Assembly: GCA_030141605.1 (NCBI GenBank)
Contig: JAQGDQ010001061.1
Span: 1-64,000 of the forward strand
Reading direction: 5' to 3'
Source of the DNA: Tubiluchus corallicola
Taxonomy: Eukaryota; Animalia; Priapulida
DNA length: 64,000 nucleotides
The position numbers and the translations under genes were made by a program. This document shows positions 40,561 to 53,967 of the stretch, one piece after another. Below the pieces are notes generated by a model that was not told the DNA's origin, searched no databases, and saw only the letters and a list, made by a program, of their open reading frames with translations. Positions within the stretch are counted from its first letter, which is position 1, and each line of letters opens with the position of its first letter.

Positions 40561-41076
40561 AAAAGTTTTTGAAAATAGGAAGATTTCTTTGGAAACAAAA
40601 ATTAGAATATTCTCAGCCTTAGTTGAAACTGTATTTCTGTATAACTCTGAGCTCTGGACTTTAAAAACAAATCATAAAGCTGAAATCGATGCGTTTCAAA
40701 GGCGAAATTACAAAAACAATATGGGTATTAGATGGCCAAAGAAAATTTCAAACAAAGATCTATATGAAAAAATAAAAGAAGAACCTTGGACAAGAAAAAT
40801 AAAAAGACGCCGTTTAAGATGGATTGGGCATATGCTTAGACTACCTGATGATCTTCCAGTGAAGATAGCTCTCAAACAAGCCATAGAACCAGCTAAAAAA
40901 CCTGCAGGAAGACAAATGTTAACAAATTTAGATTTTGCACAGAAAGATTTAAACACTTCAGCATTGATCCTTAGAAATAAATGCACTTGGGGCATTGCAG
41001 TGTGTAGGGAGTCCTGGCATAGAGAGGTGAGCAGAATCATGTCCCTCGACGTATGATTCATTGGATGATGATGATG
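40561..41076 (+). mobile_element. 5'-truncated RTE-like LINE, same family
   Basis: Encodes TKIRIFSALVETVFLYNSELWTL...LRWIGHMLRL; (TGA)n tail; TSD-like gatgtctacaa(aa)ctcac. Confidence 0.85.
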
Positions 41077-42143
41077 ATGTCTACAACTCACGTAGAAAAT
41101 AGGTTTATGCCTTCATTTCAGTCAAACGTCCATCTTATGCAGAGAAACGTAAATCCTTTGCAAAAAACAGACACTGAATTGAACAATCCACGACTCAGAT
41201 GCAAAGCTTGGCTTAACCCGTTCACACAAACCCTCATTAAACTTCCAAATAATTTCGTCTAACGTTGCTTATCTTTGGTCTCTCCATTATCATCCCCCTG
41301 TTTTCCTTCCCTTTTTCAAATCCGACCCTTTTGTTTTCTGTTTACTGGCATCACCATGCCAATAATTAATAACAAATTAAATGAGGTGACCTTGACATGG
41401 AGATCCCGACGTATTTTGCCACACCCACCTCAGTTATTAATTATCATTAATTGCTTCATTATGTCTATTTTTCTCACAATTTTTCCCGATTGTTGATGTT
41501 CGATTGTAATAAATAAACTTAAACTTGAAAAAGCTTGTAATAAATGTAATAAGTGTAAAATATGTAATAAATTTACTGAGTTCAGTGACTAGTAATAATT
41601 TCTGATTTAAACTAAAACTAACCATTTCTTGGTCAATAGACAACATGAACTGTATACTCATTTTAATTTTATATTTATTAAAGTATGAAGGTTAGGTATT
41701 TATTCCAGGTACAACTTGTAAAAATTATTATGAATATATACATTTTTACATAGTTTGCTGCGTTGCAAGGTGGATATGCAACACTAAACAATGTGGCTAT
41801 ATATGCTTTTGGTGGTTGCAGCAGGAACGGAATCTAGCAAGATGAGGCACTGGATCAACCGAGGTGTCGTACTGCCACCTGGGATATACACATCTTCTCT
41901 CATATCAGATAAACAGGATCAGATTGTATGGCAGGCAGACGCTCATCCATTTATAAACTAGGTGCAGTATTGCGGAAGTTCCGAGACACAGCCAGTTCGG
42001 TTAACTCGGTAAATTTCTCTTAAGATGCTCAAGCAATTGAAAATTAATTGCACTGCTCTAAATAGGAAAGGCACGTTTCCCCTCGAGTGCCAGACTGCTT
42101 GATGGATGGAAACACAGACAACTACAAAAACTGTTAAACTTAC

Positions 42144-42291
42144 CCGTTGCTTTGTCTTTAGCCGAGAACACTTCGCCATAAGTCCCCTCCCCCACCGTGT
42201 CCAGCAGTTCGTATTTATCGGTTGGATCCGGCAGGTGATGAAAGTCAATCAAACAACTCAGCTGACTGTACAATTCCATTCGACTCTTCAT
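42144..42291 (-). CDS. MYO3: Myosin III coding exon 1 (start codon, kinase Gly-rich loop)
   Basis: MKSRMELYSQLSCLIDFHHLPDPTDKYELLDTVGEGTYGEVFSAKDKAT(G). GTAAG donor at 42143, phase 1. Candidate upstream acceptor (tatttacag) at 42352. Confidence 0.9.
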
Positions 42292-42394
42292 TATGCTGTA
42301 TTTACCTGCTGTCCTTGATTAACAACAAAATCAATCATCTCCAAATGTTACCTGTAAATAATCAATTGTTATCAATTAACTAATCAGATAATCA

Positions 42395-42782
42395 CGTCTT
42401 TTCGCCGGTTCCAGCGATTGATGATGATCATGAAAACGTCAAAGGTTAAGTGTATCAGACAATATGCATTAGTGAACACTTGACAACGCTTCACAGCCCC
42501 TGTTATTGTAATAGTAACAGTTTTAACAACTAGCTAGAACCTTACCTAGTTCATTTTTTCTTGTTTCCAAGCAAGATCCTGCTAGTAAATCACTCTACGC
42601 ACAGACTAATGTATAATTAATTAAAAACCATGCAAAACAACATAAGTTACTGAACCGATGCTGCAGAAGGCTTTGCTTTACCAATACGTTACGTGACAGT
42701 TGTGGTTAACACGCATTGCTATGGCACACCTTTGACCAACAGTAACTACGCCGCGTACACACAACGAAACTGCGAAACGGCT
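42395..42782 (+). mobile_element. MITE family A
   Basis: Homologous to 17025-17411. Confidence 0.8.
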
Positions 42783-43683
42783 TATTAATTAACGTACGAA
42801 TCAGCCTGTCCAGAAAAGCGATGTTAACTGCTTCACTGGGCATAAATACTGATAACACTGCATCCACATTACATAACCAGCTAATATTTCACAATGACTA
42901 GCTACCAGTTCCCACAGTTATTACGGTAGACTGCATAAAATGTTGTAATGAATGATAATGGAAAATGCGTACATTTACAAACAATAAACAATGGCTGACA
43001 GTACAGTACTCACATTTCTGCAAAATACACACAACAAACAACTTTCACAAATCCGTCTATCTAACACAAACACGTAATTAACACATTTGTAGTTCACACC
43101 AAAGAATAAAGATTAGAATTTAAGCTACTTACTTTTAATTTAATTTTGCTTACGACGCGTAGCAAATCCTACTTTTGATTGACGCACAGCGAAATCCTAT
43201 TTTTGATTGACGCACAGCGAAATCCTATTTTTGATTAGCGGTTTATGAAACGGTTAAATTTAGCAGTGACATAGTCACGTGATCGAATGACACACAGGAA
43301 AATCCTGTCTACGTTGTGGCTGTGGATTTATCAGCTCCCAATAAAAAACAGGAAACACGTCATTCGGTTTACTGTGACGTAATTACAGCTGGGACTGCAG
43401 GCGCCAGTCTTATCAAAATTTACACTACAATGGAGAGACAACCCGTCCCGGACTTTCGTGTCCATTTCACGCCCTAATGAGTCCTAATTGCATATTCATT
43501 TAGTAGTCAAACTCATTTTTCCTTTGATCACAAACTAGAAAAGTATCTTCGATGTGACTCCATTGTCAAACATTGACTGAAAATATTAATGATAAACAAG
43601 ATACACAAATTGAACACAATTCTTTTGTGGAATTTACGAAATTTTGTTGAACTGCATAGCCATAACAATTCTCTAATAATGCT

Positions 43684-43859
43684 ATCATCATCATCATCAT
43701 CATTATCATCATCGCCATCATCATCATCATCTTCATCATAATCATCATCATCAACACTACCATCACCATCCTTCTCTTTATCATCGTTCCCATCATCATC
43801 ATCATCATAATCATCATCATCAACACTACCATCACCATCCTTCTCTTTATCATCGTTCC

Positions 43860-43900
<41 letters not shown>

Positions 43901-43918
43901 ATCATTATTATTATCATT
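43684..43918. repeat. (CAT)n microsatellite
   Basis: Directly visible. Confidence 0.95.
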
Positions 43919-44307
43919 CCTTATTATATTTTACAGAGTATAGCAAGTTGGAATTCAGCACGTAAGAAAAGACCCACTCAATACTAATACTTGCGGCAGA
44001 ACAGGTACCTATCCTATTTATTAAAGAAAATTCTCTGATACGCATGCACAGACAGGTAAAGGTGTTTTAACCATGTTTAAACAAAGTCTATGCTATTGGA
44101 AAAACGTCGTTTTTTCGTGGAATTTCTAAATAGGTTTTCTCCACATAAAGTGCATGAAACCAAGTGCGCATGCGTAAAACAAGGACAAAGACAAGAGTAA
44201 TTTAGCGTCACTCGTTTAACAGACAACATCAGCACTAACGACTATTACAACTATGCAGGTAAGAACGCAACACACAAATATCATGTAGGGTATATGTCCT
44301 GTCATTG

Positions 44308-44516
44308 GTAGCTGCTAGTATCGAACTCAAGACTACATGGTTGCAGTCCAAAAGAATTTGGCAGCCGCTAGTATCGAACTCAAAACTACGTGGTTACAGT
44401 CCATAAGAATTTTGCAGCCGCTAGTTTGAACTCAAGACTACGTGGTTACAGTCCATAAGAATTTTGCAGCCGCTAGTATCGAACTCAAAACTACGTGGTT
44501 GCAGTCCATAAGAATT
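44308..44516 (-). repeat. Short tandem repeat of a tRNA-like half
   Basis: Minus strand ggactgcaacc...ttgagttcgatactagc (B-box like); 4 units. Confidence 0.55.
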
Positions 44517-44601
44517 AGGCAAAAAACAGCTAAAGTGATTAAGAGTTGAATATATTTAGCAAGTGTCAATGCTTTATCATGCTTTAGTTAACTAATACGT
44601 T

Positions 44602-44800
44602 TTAGGGTGGCATGCGAATGGTTGAGTAGTACTGCGGTGCTTGATGAATGAAGCTAAGCAACACCGAATGTGGTCATTGAATGGATGGGTAACTACCGAA
44701 TTGCACATTCATTTCGACACTTTTACCTGCTCTCCTGCCCGGGGAATATTTACCTCGCGTACATGAAAAGTGTGCAAGAGACCTCTGCTGGTCCACTGCC
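44602..44800 (+). mobile_element. SINE-like element with 5S-type box A and box C
   Basis: gaagctaagcaac...tggatgggtaact. Second copy at 56888-57068, fragment at 51615-51660. Confidence 0.6.
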
Positions 44801-44889
44801 TCATCTCAAAGTGTAAGAAGCTGTAGCTAAGGACACAACACGCAAATAACGAATAACATGTAGATATATGCAAATAATGTCTACAAGCA

Positions 44890-45452
44890 TTTGTTAAGCT
44901 AGTCCACTCTCCACATGTCTTGTTAAGCTAGTCCACAACTCCATGTGTCTCGTTAAGCTAGTCCACAACTCCATGTGTCTCGTTAAGCTAGTCCACAACT
45001 CCATGTGTCTCGTTAAGCTAGTCCACTACTCCACATGTCTTGTTAAGCTAGTCCACAACTCCATGTGTCTCGTTAAGCTAGTCCACGACTCCACATGTCT
45101 CGTTAAGCTAGTCCATGACTCCACATGTCTCGTTAAGCTAGTCCACGACTCCACAGGTCTCGTTAAGCTAGTCCACGACTCCACATGTCTCGTTAAGCTA
45201 GTCCATGACTCCACATGTCTTGTTAAGCTAGTCCACGACTCCACATGTCTTGTTAAGCTAGTCCACGACTCCACATGTCTCGTCAAGCTAGTCCACTACT
45301 CCACATGTCTTGTTAAGCTAGTCCACGACTCCACGTCTCGTTAAGCTAGTCCACACTCCACATGTCTTGTTAAGCTAGTCCACACTCCACATGTCTTGTT
45401 AAGCTAGTCCACACTCCACATGTCTCGTTAAGCTAGTCCACGACTCCACATG
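44890..45452. repeat. 30-bp minisatellite
   Basis: ccacatgtctcgttaagctagtccacgact. Confidence 0.95.
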
Positions 45453-46261
45453 CAAAAATGCTAAACGAACTCAATCTTCTGATAGTTAAATTTCAAATAA
45501 AACAGTTTTAACAATAGCAAGCTAACTTTCAACAGTGGGGTAAGATCTACAAAGATTTCCCAAATGCCTGATTAAATACATACATCCGCTGCATTCCCAG
45601 AAATTCAGGAGACTTCAATTTATCCAGAGTCACCAATTGATGGTTCACGAGTTTTGCAAACATTAAATTTAGCAAATGAAAGAAATCCTTGAAATATTAG
45701 CACTGCTGTTATGTATCTTAAACTTTTCCAACGAAAATGACGTCATAAGTACTTTAATTGCAATTCATTTAAAAATTCATTTACCGAAATTTAATTATAA
45801 TGGTCACTATGCAAGCAAATTACGATTAGTTGGCTTGTATAGTTTGAACTATCAAGGCAACTTTGATAAAACTGACTGAAAATTGCCTAGTCTGCATAAT
45901 ATAATATGATAATTTAATAAATTTATTTGTCTGTTTATTTTACATAATAAAGTACATTAATTAGTCATTGATTAGAAAATGAAACTGGAAATGGGATGCC
46001 AACAGACCAGAGGTCAGCCATCGCTGTCCAATTCATATTTAATAATAGACTTAATTTTATATTTAGGAGACTCTATTATAACAGTGCAATAATTTATTGA
46101 CAAGTAATTCGTTACAGTACATTACATTACACATACATTACATTACAGTACAGTACATTACATTATACAATGCAAAAAACAATAGAAAACTACACAGACA
46201 GAACCCCATACATGGGGTATAATCGTCATATAACACAACAATGCTAACTGACCATCTATTA

Positions 46262-46669
46262 CAAGGCCGTAGTCGGCGGTCCGGCCGGTCCGGCCATGGC
46301 CGGACCACTTTTTCTGCCATACGTGCCTAGACATTCTCAGCCCTGCGTAGAGTAAAAACTTATTTGCGGAGTACGATGACTCAAACAAGACTAAACAATC
46401 TCATGACTTTGCATGTACATATGGATAGAACAGACGCTCTCGACCTGAAGGAAATTGCGAACGAGTTTACTGCTAGAAATGAGCAGCGCAGATGTGTGTT
46501 TGGAAGTTTTGATCAATCATGTCATCATTGAGTATGTGTAGTGCTCTATTATGTTATAACTCTGTATTATAAATTATAATATACTCTTCTATATGTTGCT
46601 GCTGTATTCTTTTTCTACCTGTTCCGTATCTGTGGCCGGACCACTTTTCAAAAGCCGACTACGGCCCTG
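46262..46669 (+). mobile_element. Non-autonomous hAT retaining the transposase C-terminal dimerisation segment
   Basis: TIR CAAGGCCGTAGTCGGC / GCCGACTACGGCCCTG. 46331-46530 reads TFSALRRVKTYLRSTMTQTRLNNLMTLHVHMDRTDALDLKEIANEF. Confidence 0.85.
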
Positions 46670-47451
46670 TATTACATGCTAACTGACCATCTATTACTCA
46701 GCAAATGCTATTTAAACTGCTGTAAATGAATTATTACACGCAGTAAACGGCAATAATGCACTTCCATCATACCTACCATTCGTTTTAATAATCCAAATTA
46801 ATGTACATCGCACGTTAAGCCACCACAAACACTTTTCACTTACAATCTTCACAAACTATGGCGACCGTCAGATCACTATCCGTAGCACGTGCCGCAGCAC
46901 ACACAACAAAATGTGTTCTGTCAAAACTTTTGCTGAGCTAAAATTGAACTAATCACACAACACAAACATCGTCAAACAAACCCAAATCTGTTTTTATCAA
47001 ATCAAAATGTATTATTCAATCAGCAGAATTTCGTCTGATAAGCACATTACGAGCGAGTTGAGCGGGTTTTTACAGGACAATCCTCCCGGGAATGATAGCA
47101 ACGCACAGAATGATGGAAACCGGTATTATAGCGGTCGGCCGATAGGGGTCACTGGATAAAGTCGACCATTATGGCAGCTGGCGCGTGCATAAAACAGACT
47201 ACCCCAGACAAGCGAGTTTTGGGGGGACAGCCAAACAACGTTTTGAAAAAATGTTTGTAGAAAACTTTAATCTGTTTAATTTAGTAATTCATCTAACTTT
47301 TGCTTTTAGCCATATCTAATTTTACAATGTATTTTATGATTCACTGTTTTAGTACTTTAGCCGGTTTTTAGTTTTATTTTAAGATATTCTGTTCTATTTT
47401 TGTATTTTCATTAATACTAACATGCCATGGACCATTATGGAAATATTAGTT

Positions 47452-47903
47452 TAAACATAATTTATTTAGGATTGGATCAGACAGTTTGAACAACATGATT
47501 TAGGATCCTCACCACAACAGACTTTATACACTATTTACAAGAACATTTACACTAAGAATAGACTATAACTACACAAGCTGACAAGTTTTATTACAAGAAT
47601 ACATTAGACATTAGTAGAAAATGACGGTTAGAAAATATTAATGTACGAATATTTAAGACTGATGCATTTCATATCGGATAGAAACTACTGGAAGCGTTTT
47701 GTACGTAATATAAAGTCATGTATGCATTGGAATATTTTACAGTTAGCAACATAGTTAAATTCATCTTTTCCGAATAATAACAACTTTAACAGATCATTAT
47801 TTCCTAAGGCAGCTATATTAAGGTTTTCGGGCAGAAGTATTTCATTAAATTTATCAAACATAACATCACATTCCAACACAATATGGAAATATTGTGTATA
47901 CAA
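47452..47903 (-). mobile_element. LINE 3' fragment (CR1/L2-group-like C-terminus)
   Basis: Encodes LLLFGKDEFNYVANCKIFQCIHDFILRTKRF; near-identical inverted copy at 52089-52487. Confidence 0.7.
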
Positions 47904-48629
47904 TTTAACGTGTTCCTTGCAAAAACTAAAACTCTGTTCTGTTCTAAACTGACTTTTTCTGCGACTAAGTGCATTTAAAAGTCAAGACTGCTGCAAAATA
48001 AAAGTTTCTTATGTCTGTGAAAGTTGTTTCCTACAAAATCTTATCTATAGTGCAACTAAACAGTTTCAGACAAAGCTTAAACTTAAACATTTACATATCG
48101 AGCCATTCCTAACTTCTCTTACAAAAAATGTATTAATAGTAATACCGGTAATATTCATAAAGTGTGGGATGTTTTTCTTTTATTTAACTTAAACATTCCC
48201 TGGACAAATCTTTACTGTACTCAGGCATAATGAACAAACAGGGGAAGGTACAAGGAACGTGTTATTTGAGGCCGTCTCTCGTGGCCAGTCACCTCTATTA
48301 ATTATACTAATACAAATAAGACACGGTCAAACAAGGATACCTCAACCTGGTCAGAACGTGGTCAGACAAGGCTGTCCTAGTCCACGGACTATTGCAGGGA
48401 ACAATGTAGACGACTGCTTTACTCTGACATATAATATTGAAGCACGTACTTGTATAGGAGGTGAACAGCTGGACAAATTAACTGTTGTGACGACTAAACA
48501 CCGTAATAATTGATGTCTATACTAGGTTAGGAGGAGATTTCTACGCCTGGTCAATGGTATTTGTGTTGAAGCGCAGGTGTTAATTAAACCGATGCACTGA
48601 ATGTTCGTTTATAGGGGAGAGACAGACAT

Positions 48630-49253
<624 letters not shown>

Positions 49254-49829
49254 TTAGAATTTTGAATGGGCAAAGTAGCATGCATAATTTATAATTCTCA
49301 CCCATCAAGCAGCTAAATCATTACCAGATTCCAACACGTACCTGCCACACACAATATTATTATCAGCAGCAGCAAACTCAATTACTTAGTACAAGTAACA
49401 CATTAATATTAGAGGAGTTGCCCTACTAATGAAACTTGCTGTACACAGAACAGCTTTTACGGTTGTTCATATTGGAGTGTAACAAGTCTCTACGTGTAAT
49501 AAATCGACTAAACTCGAATTTTTTAGGTTCAGCTCTCCACCTTATCAGGAAACTTAATTTAAACTAATTCAAGCGAGTATAACATTATAAGTTACTGAGT
49601 TCTAAGATGTAAGCTAAATAACGTAAAGATAAAAAGACCTCCGAATGATTTTCAATTCCCACACAACTTAAATACCCTAGTCCTAAACCTAGCTTTAGCC
49701 CTAATCCTAACCATAATCCTAATCCACTCTAGCCTTAACCCTAATCCTAATCCTACCTATCTTCTTAGATGTGCAAAATTCTAATAAAAATGATATAAAA
49801 AACGAGAATGCAAAATTGGAGAAGAAAAT

Positions 49830-50340
49830 GACAGCAACGATGATAATGATGGAGACATCGCCGCCAATGATGATGATGACGACGACGACGACGATGATGG
49901 CGATGTTGATGATGATGACAATGATGATGATGATGACGATGCCGATGATGGTGATGACAATGATGGCGATGTTGATGATGATTGTGATAATGGCGATGAT
50001 GACAATGACGACGACGATGATGATGATGACAATGACGGCGATGTTGATGATGATGATGGTGACAATGACGACAATGATGATGATGACGACGACGACGACG
50101 AGGACGACGATGATGATGATGATGGCGATGTTGATGATGATGACAATGATGTTGATGATGACGATGCAGATGATGATGATGATGACAATGATGGCGATGT
50201 TGATGATGATTGTGATGATGGCGATGATGACAATGACGACGACGATGATGATGATGACAATGACGGCGATGTTGATGATGGTGACAATGACGACAATGAT
50301 GATGATGACGATGGAGATGACGATGATGTCAGTGACAATG
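49830..50340. repeat. (GAT/GAC)n trinucleotide repeat
   Basis: Directly visible. Confidence 0.96.
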
Positions 50341-52088
50341 GTAACTGTATAAACTTGACGTCTGTCATCTTTCCGTTGACACACAAATGAGAATGAACGG
50401 GCGCCATTATTATGCGTCATTAAGTAACACAGTCACAGTGAAATTGGCAAAAACAGGAACTATGGTCAGAGCGAAGAGATAACTGTCTGCTATGGTTCAA
50501 GAGCCACAGTACAGCTGCTAGGAGTACAAACAAGCAAGAGAGAAAGAGAGACTAGATACATCCTGAAATGACACGGTAGACAGAAATGCTAAACACTTTA
50601 TTACAGCAAAACCTGACCCAAACTTAAACTGTAGGTCAAAACAATCTACTGTTTAAAACATGGAAAAGAAACGTACTATTTTTCAAAAATGACTTACATG
50701 AAAGAATTATAACCACATAAACACAATTTCACGTTCGCACCACTAGTTCTTCACTGTTACATACATTTCACCATTCGCTAGTTAGACGGGCACTAGCGTC
50801 TGCATTTCGAAAACGCAGTGCACAAAAAACAGGTGCTGTACCTCTCAGTTCAGATGTGTTAGTCTGTGATAAACTACACACGTTCGACAGTTCATGCTCG
50901 AGCACAGCTATAAATTTGAAATTTGAATTTTTATCTTAAAACTTGAATCTCTTACTGTAGCGCTGTACTTCAGTCTCTCTTTTCGCAAACACGTGCAACA
51001 CGTTCATGGAATATTTTTGCTGTTAAAAATTACGTTAGTTTGTGATGTCATCAATAGTTGGACTAGCCCGTTGTTAAGTAAATTTTTAATCTATTATTTG
51101 ATTATCAGAAAAGCTTTTGCAGTATTAATTGTGTTAAAATGTATACTTTTATCATACTTCATCATGGGGTAGTATGTGAAAAATCATCCTGTTTTCCTCT
51201 AACAATGCCATCAGGTTATCTTGAGCACTTTGGGTCAATTTGAGTTCTCGAATTACGAAATATTCAAGTCAAATGAACCCCGAAGTATTCCAGTTTACAC
51301 CTATAATTATTAGTTTAAAATAACTCGAATCTCTACTTTGATTCAAACCTAAATTTTATCAGAAAGAAAATCCACAAGGTTTCAAGTTCAGACTAAGTCT
51401 TCGAATAGCAAATTAATTGAAATTCCGCACAAATAATAATAATAAACTAAAAACAAACAAATTACGTTCAAACACTGTGCAGTTTAAATAAACAATCTGT
51501 GGTTTTTTTCCTCAGATAGACTCAAGTCCTAAATGATTCTTTGGTGCAAAACATCCAAGTTCGATAACATTAAATTCAAACAGAATGACTCGCAAGTTGA
51601 GGAGGTGAGCAGCTCAAAAGTTAAGCAACAACAGCTCTGGGGTATTCTGGATGGGTGACAGAAGGTATTTTATACTATAACTTTCTGGTGGTAAAAATAA
51701 ACCAATAAAGCTGCAGGAATTATATGCAATATAAATGCAGAATAAATTTTAAACTATATATTTTCTATTAGCTTCAATAACAAAGGAGTTTAACTTTGAA
51801 AACCATAACCATGTGATGATCAGACTGAACAACAATATACAGTCCCTTGCCTCATACCTTTCCAGATTAACCTAAACTAATCAAAACTGACGAATTGCAA
51901 GCAGTCCGGTTAGTTAGGTGTTTGAATGGAGCTGACTGGATACAGATGCCAAACTTTCAGCAAAGATTCTTCAGGGCATTCTAACAGAGTTTTAGATGTT
52001 TTAAAATTTTGCATTTTGGCTCGCTGTCCCGGGACACTAAAAGGTCAATAAATGGTCTCGCGCTTTGAAGGCTTATAACTCCAAAACG

Positions 52089-52487
52089 AAACTGCCTGAA
52101 AACCTTAATATAGCTGCCTTAGGAACTAATGATCTGTTGAAGTTGTTATTATTCGGTAAAGATGAATTTAACTATGTTGCTAACTGTAAAATATTCCAAT
52201 GTAAACATGACTTTATATTACGTACTAAACGCTTCCAGTAGTTTCTATCTGATATGAAATGCATCAGTCTTAAATATTTGTACATTAATATTTTCTAACC
52301 GTCATTTTCTACTAATGTCTAATGTAATCTTGTAGTAAAACTTGTCAGCTTGTGTAGTTATAGTCTATTCTTACTGTAAATGTTCTTGTAAATAGTGTAT
52401 AAAGTCTGTTGTGGTGAGGATCCTAAATCATGTTGTTCAAACTATCTGATCAAATCCTAAATAAATGATGTTTAAAGTAAACTAAAC
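52089..52487 (+). mobile_element. LINE 3' fragment, same family as 47452-47903
   Basis: TSD taactccaaaacg at 52076 and 52488; taaac tail. Confidence 0.75.
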
Positions 52488-52941
52488 TAACTCCAAAACG
52501 CTCACAGATAGACACTTGTGTACTATTAGGAGGAACTAATGTGGGCTTACATTTGGTGGTATGATTAGTGACCTTGGAACACACGAAGTTACCAAATTAC
52601 ATCATCAGTACCCCTCTATCCATTTCACGAATTCAATAATCTGGCGTGTTAGCCGAAACAGGGGGAATGATTGGATACAGCAGGTAAACTTTCAGGAATG
52701 ATTCTTTGGACCATTTTGACAACGTTGTAAAGAAAACAATTACAAGGAAGACGGAAACAACGACGAGAAAACTAAGAAACAAACACTTTTCCTTTATCTA
52801 CAAATACGTATTGTTCAGCCACTGTAACAATTCCTTTATATACAAGTACATATTGTTCAGCCACTGTAACAATTCCCTTATGTACAAGTACATATTGTTC
52901 AGCTACTGTAACAATAGCTACAAGAATTCCTACAACATCAA

Positions 52942-53967
52942 CAGTGGCGTAGCTAATGGGGTAGCAACCGTCCCCCCTCCGTACATTTTTTTCAAAATTG
53001 GCGCCTTTCAAACAAATTTTTTAATTCACTTTTGCAGTTGCTGAACGATCCTTTGATCTCCTTCTAACAGATAAAATCCTACCTTCTTTCTACAATGAAC
53101 GAGGATAGATTGTCTGGGTTAGTTTTGCTCTCCATTGAAAGAGAGTTTTTTTGCAGTGGCGTAGCTAATTGGGGAGCAATCATCCCCCCTAGTGGCATTT
53201 TTCAACAATTTTTTTAAGCTCACCGTTTCACTTGTGCAATAAAAGCAGAATCCTCTTTATTTTTAATCGATTGAAACAGATAAAGTCTTGCCTTCGTTCT
53301 ACAATGGGCAAGGATAGAATGCCTGGGTTAGTTTTGCTCTGCATTGAAAGAGAGTGGCTACTGAGGTGGATTATAATAAAGTTATAGATTATTTTGCTGG
53401 AATGAAACCTAGATGAAAGAGACTGTTGTAGTTCCTTCATCTTACATCTTTCACAATGACTCATTTTGTTTTCATTTTACGTTTAAAATTAAAATAATTA
53501 AACAACTCACGAGTTTCTATTACGTTTTAAGATTTAAGAACTCACTGTAAAACTTTTAATTGTGTTTTAAGTTTAAGTACAAAATAACAATTATGTACTT
53601 CCTGTAAAACTCTATCTTTCCTGTGTTTTGATTTTAAACACAAAATTAAAATTAGTAATTGTTTGGCGTGGTCACGGTGCCTTTTTGATTTGCTTGCTCC
53701 CCCTAACTTTAGAACGTGGCTACGCCCCTGTCACTGCGCCTTTTTGATTTGTTTGCTCCCCCTAACTTTAGAACGTGGCTACGCCCCTGTCACTGCGCCT
53801 TTTTGATTTGTTTGCTCCCCCTAACTTTAGAACGTGGCTACGCCCCTGTCACTGCGCCTTTTTGATTTGTTTGCTCCCCCTAACTTTAGAACGTGGCTAC
53901 GCCCCTGTCACTGCGCGATTTTGATTTGCTTGCTCCCCCTAACTTTAGAACGTGGCTACGCCCCCTG
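52942..53967. mobile_element. hAT-like non-autonomous element with tandemly amplified right end
   Basis: CAGTGGCGTAGC ... GCTACGCCCCTG TIRs. The right terminus is repeated 5 times (about 59-bp unit). Related fragment at 24045-24190. Confidence 0.75.

Noticed and set aside
49672-49758. Interstitial telomere
   Set aside because: A short, highly degenerate (CCTAAN)n tract; such tracts are common inside TEs.
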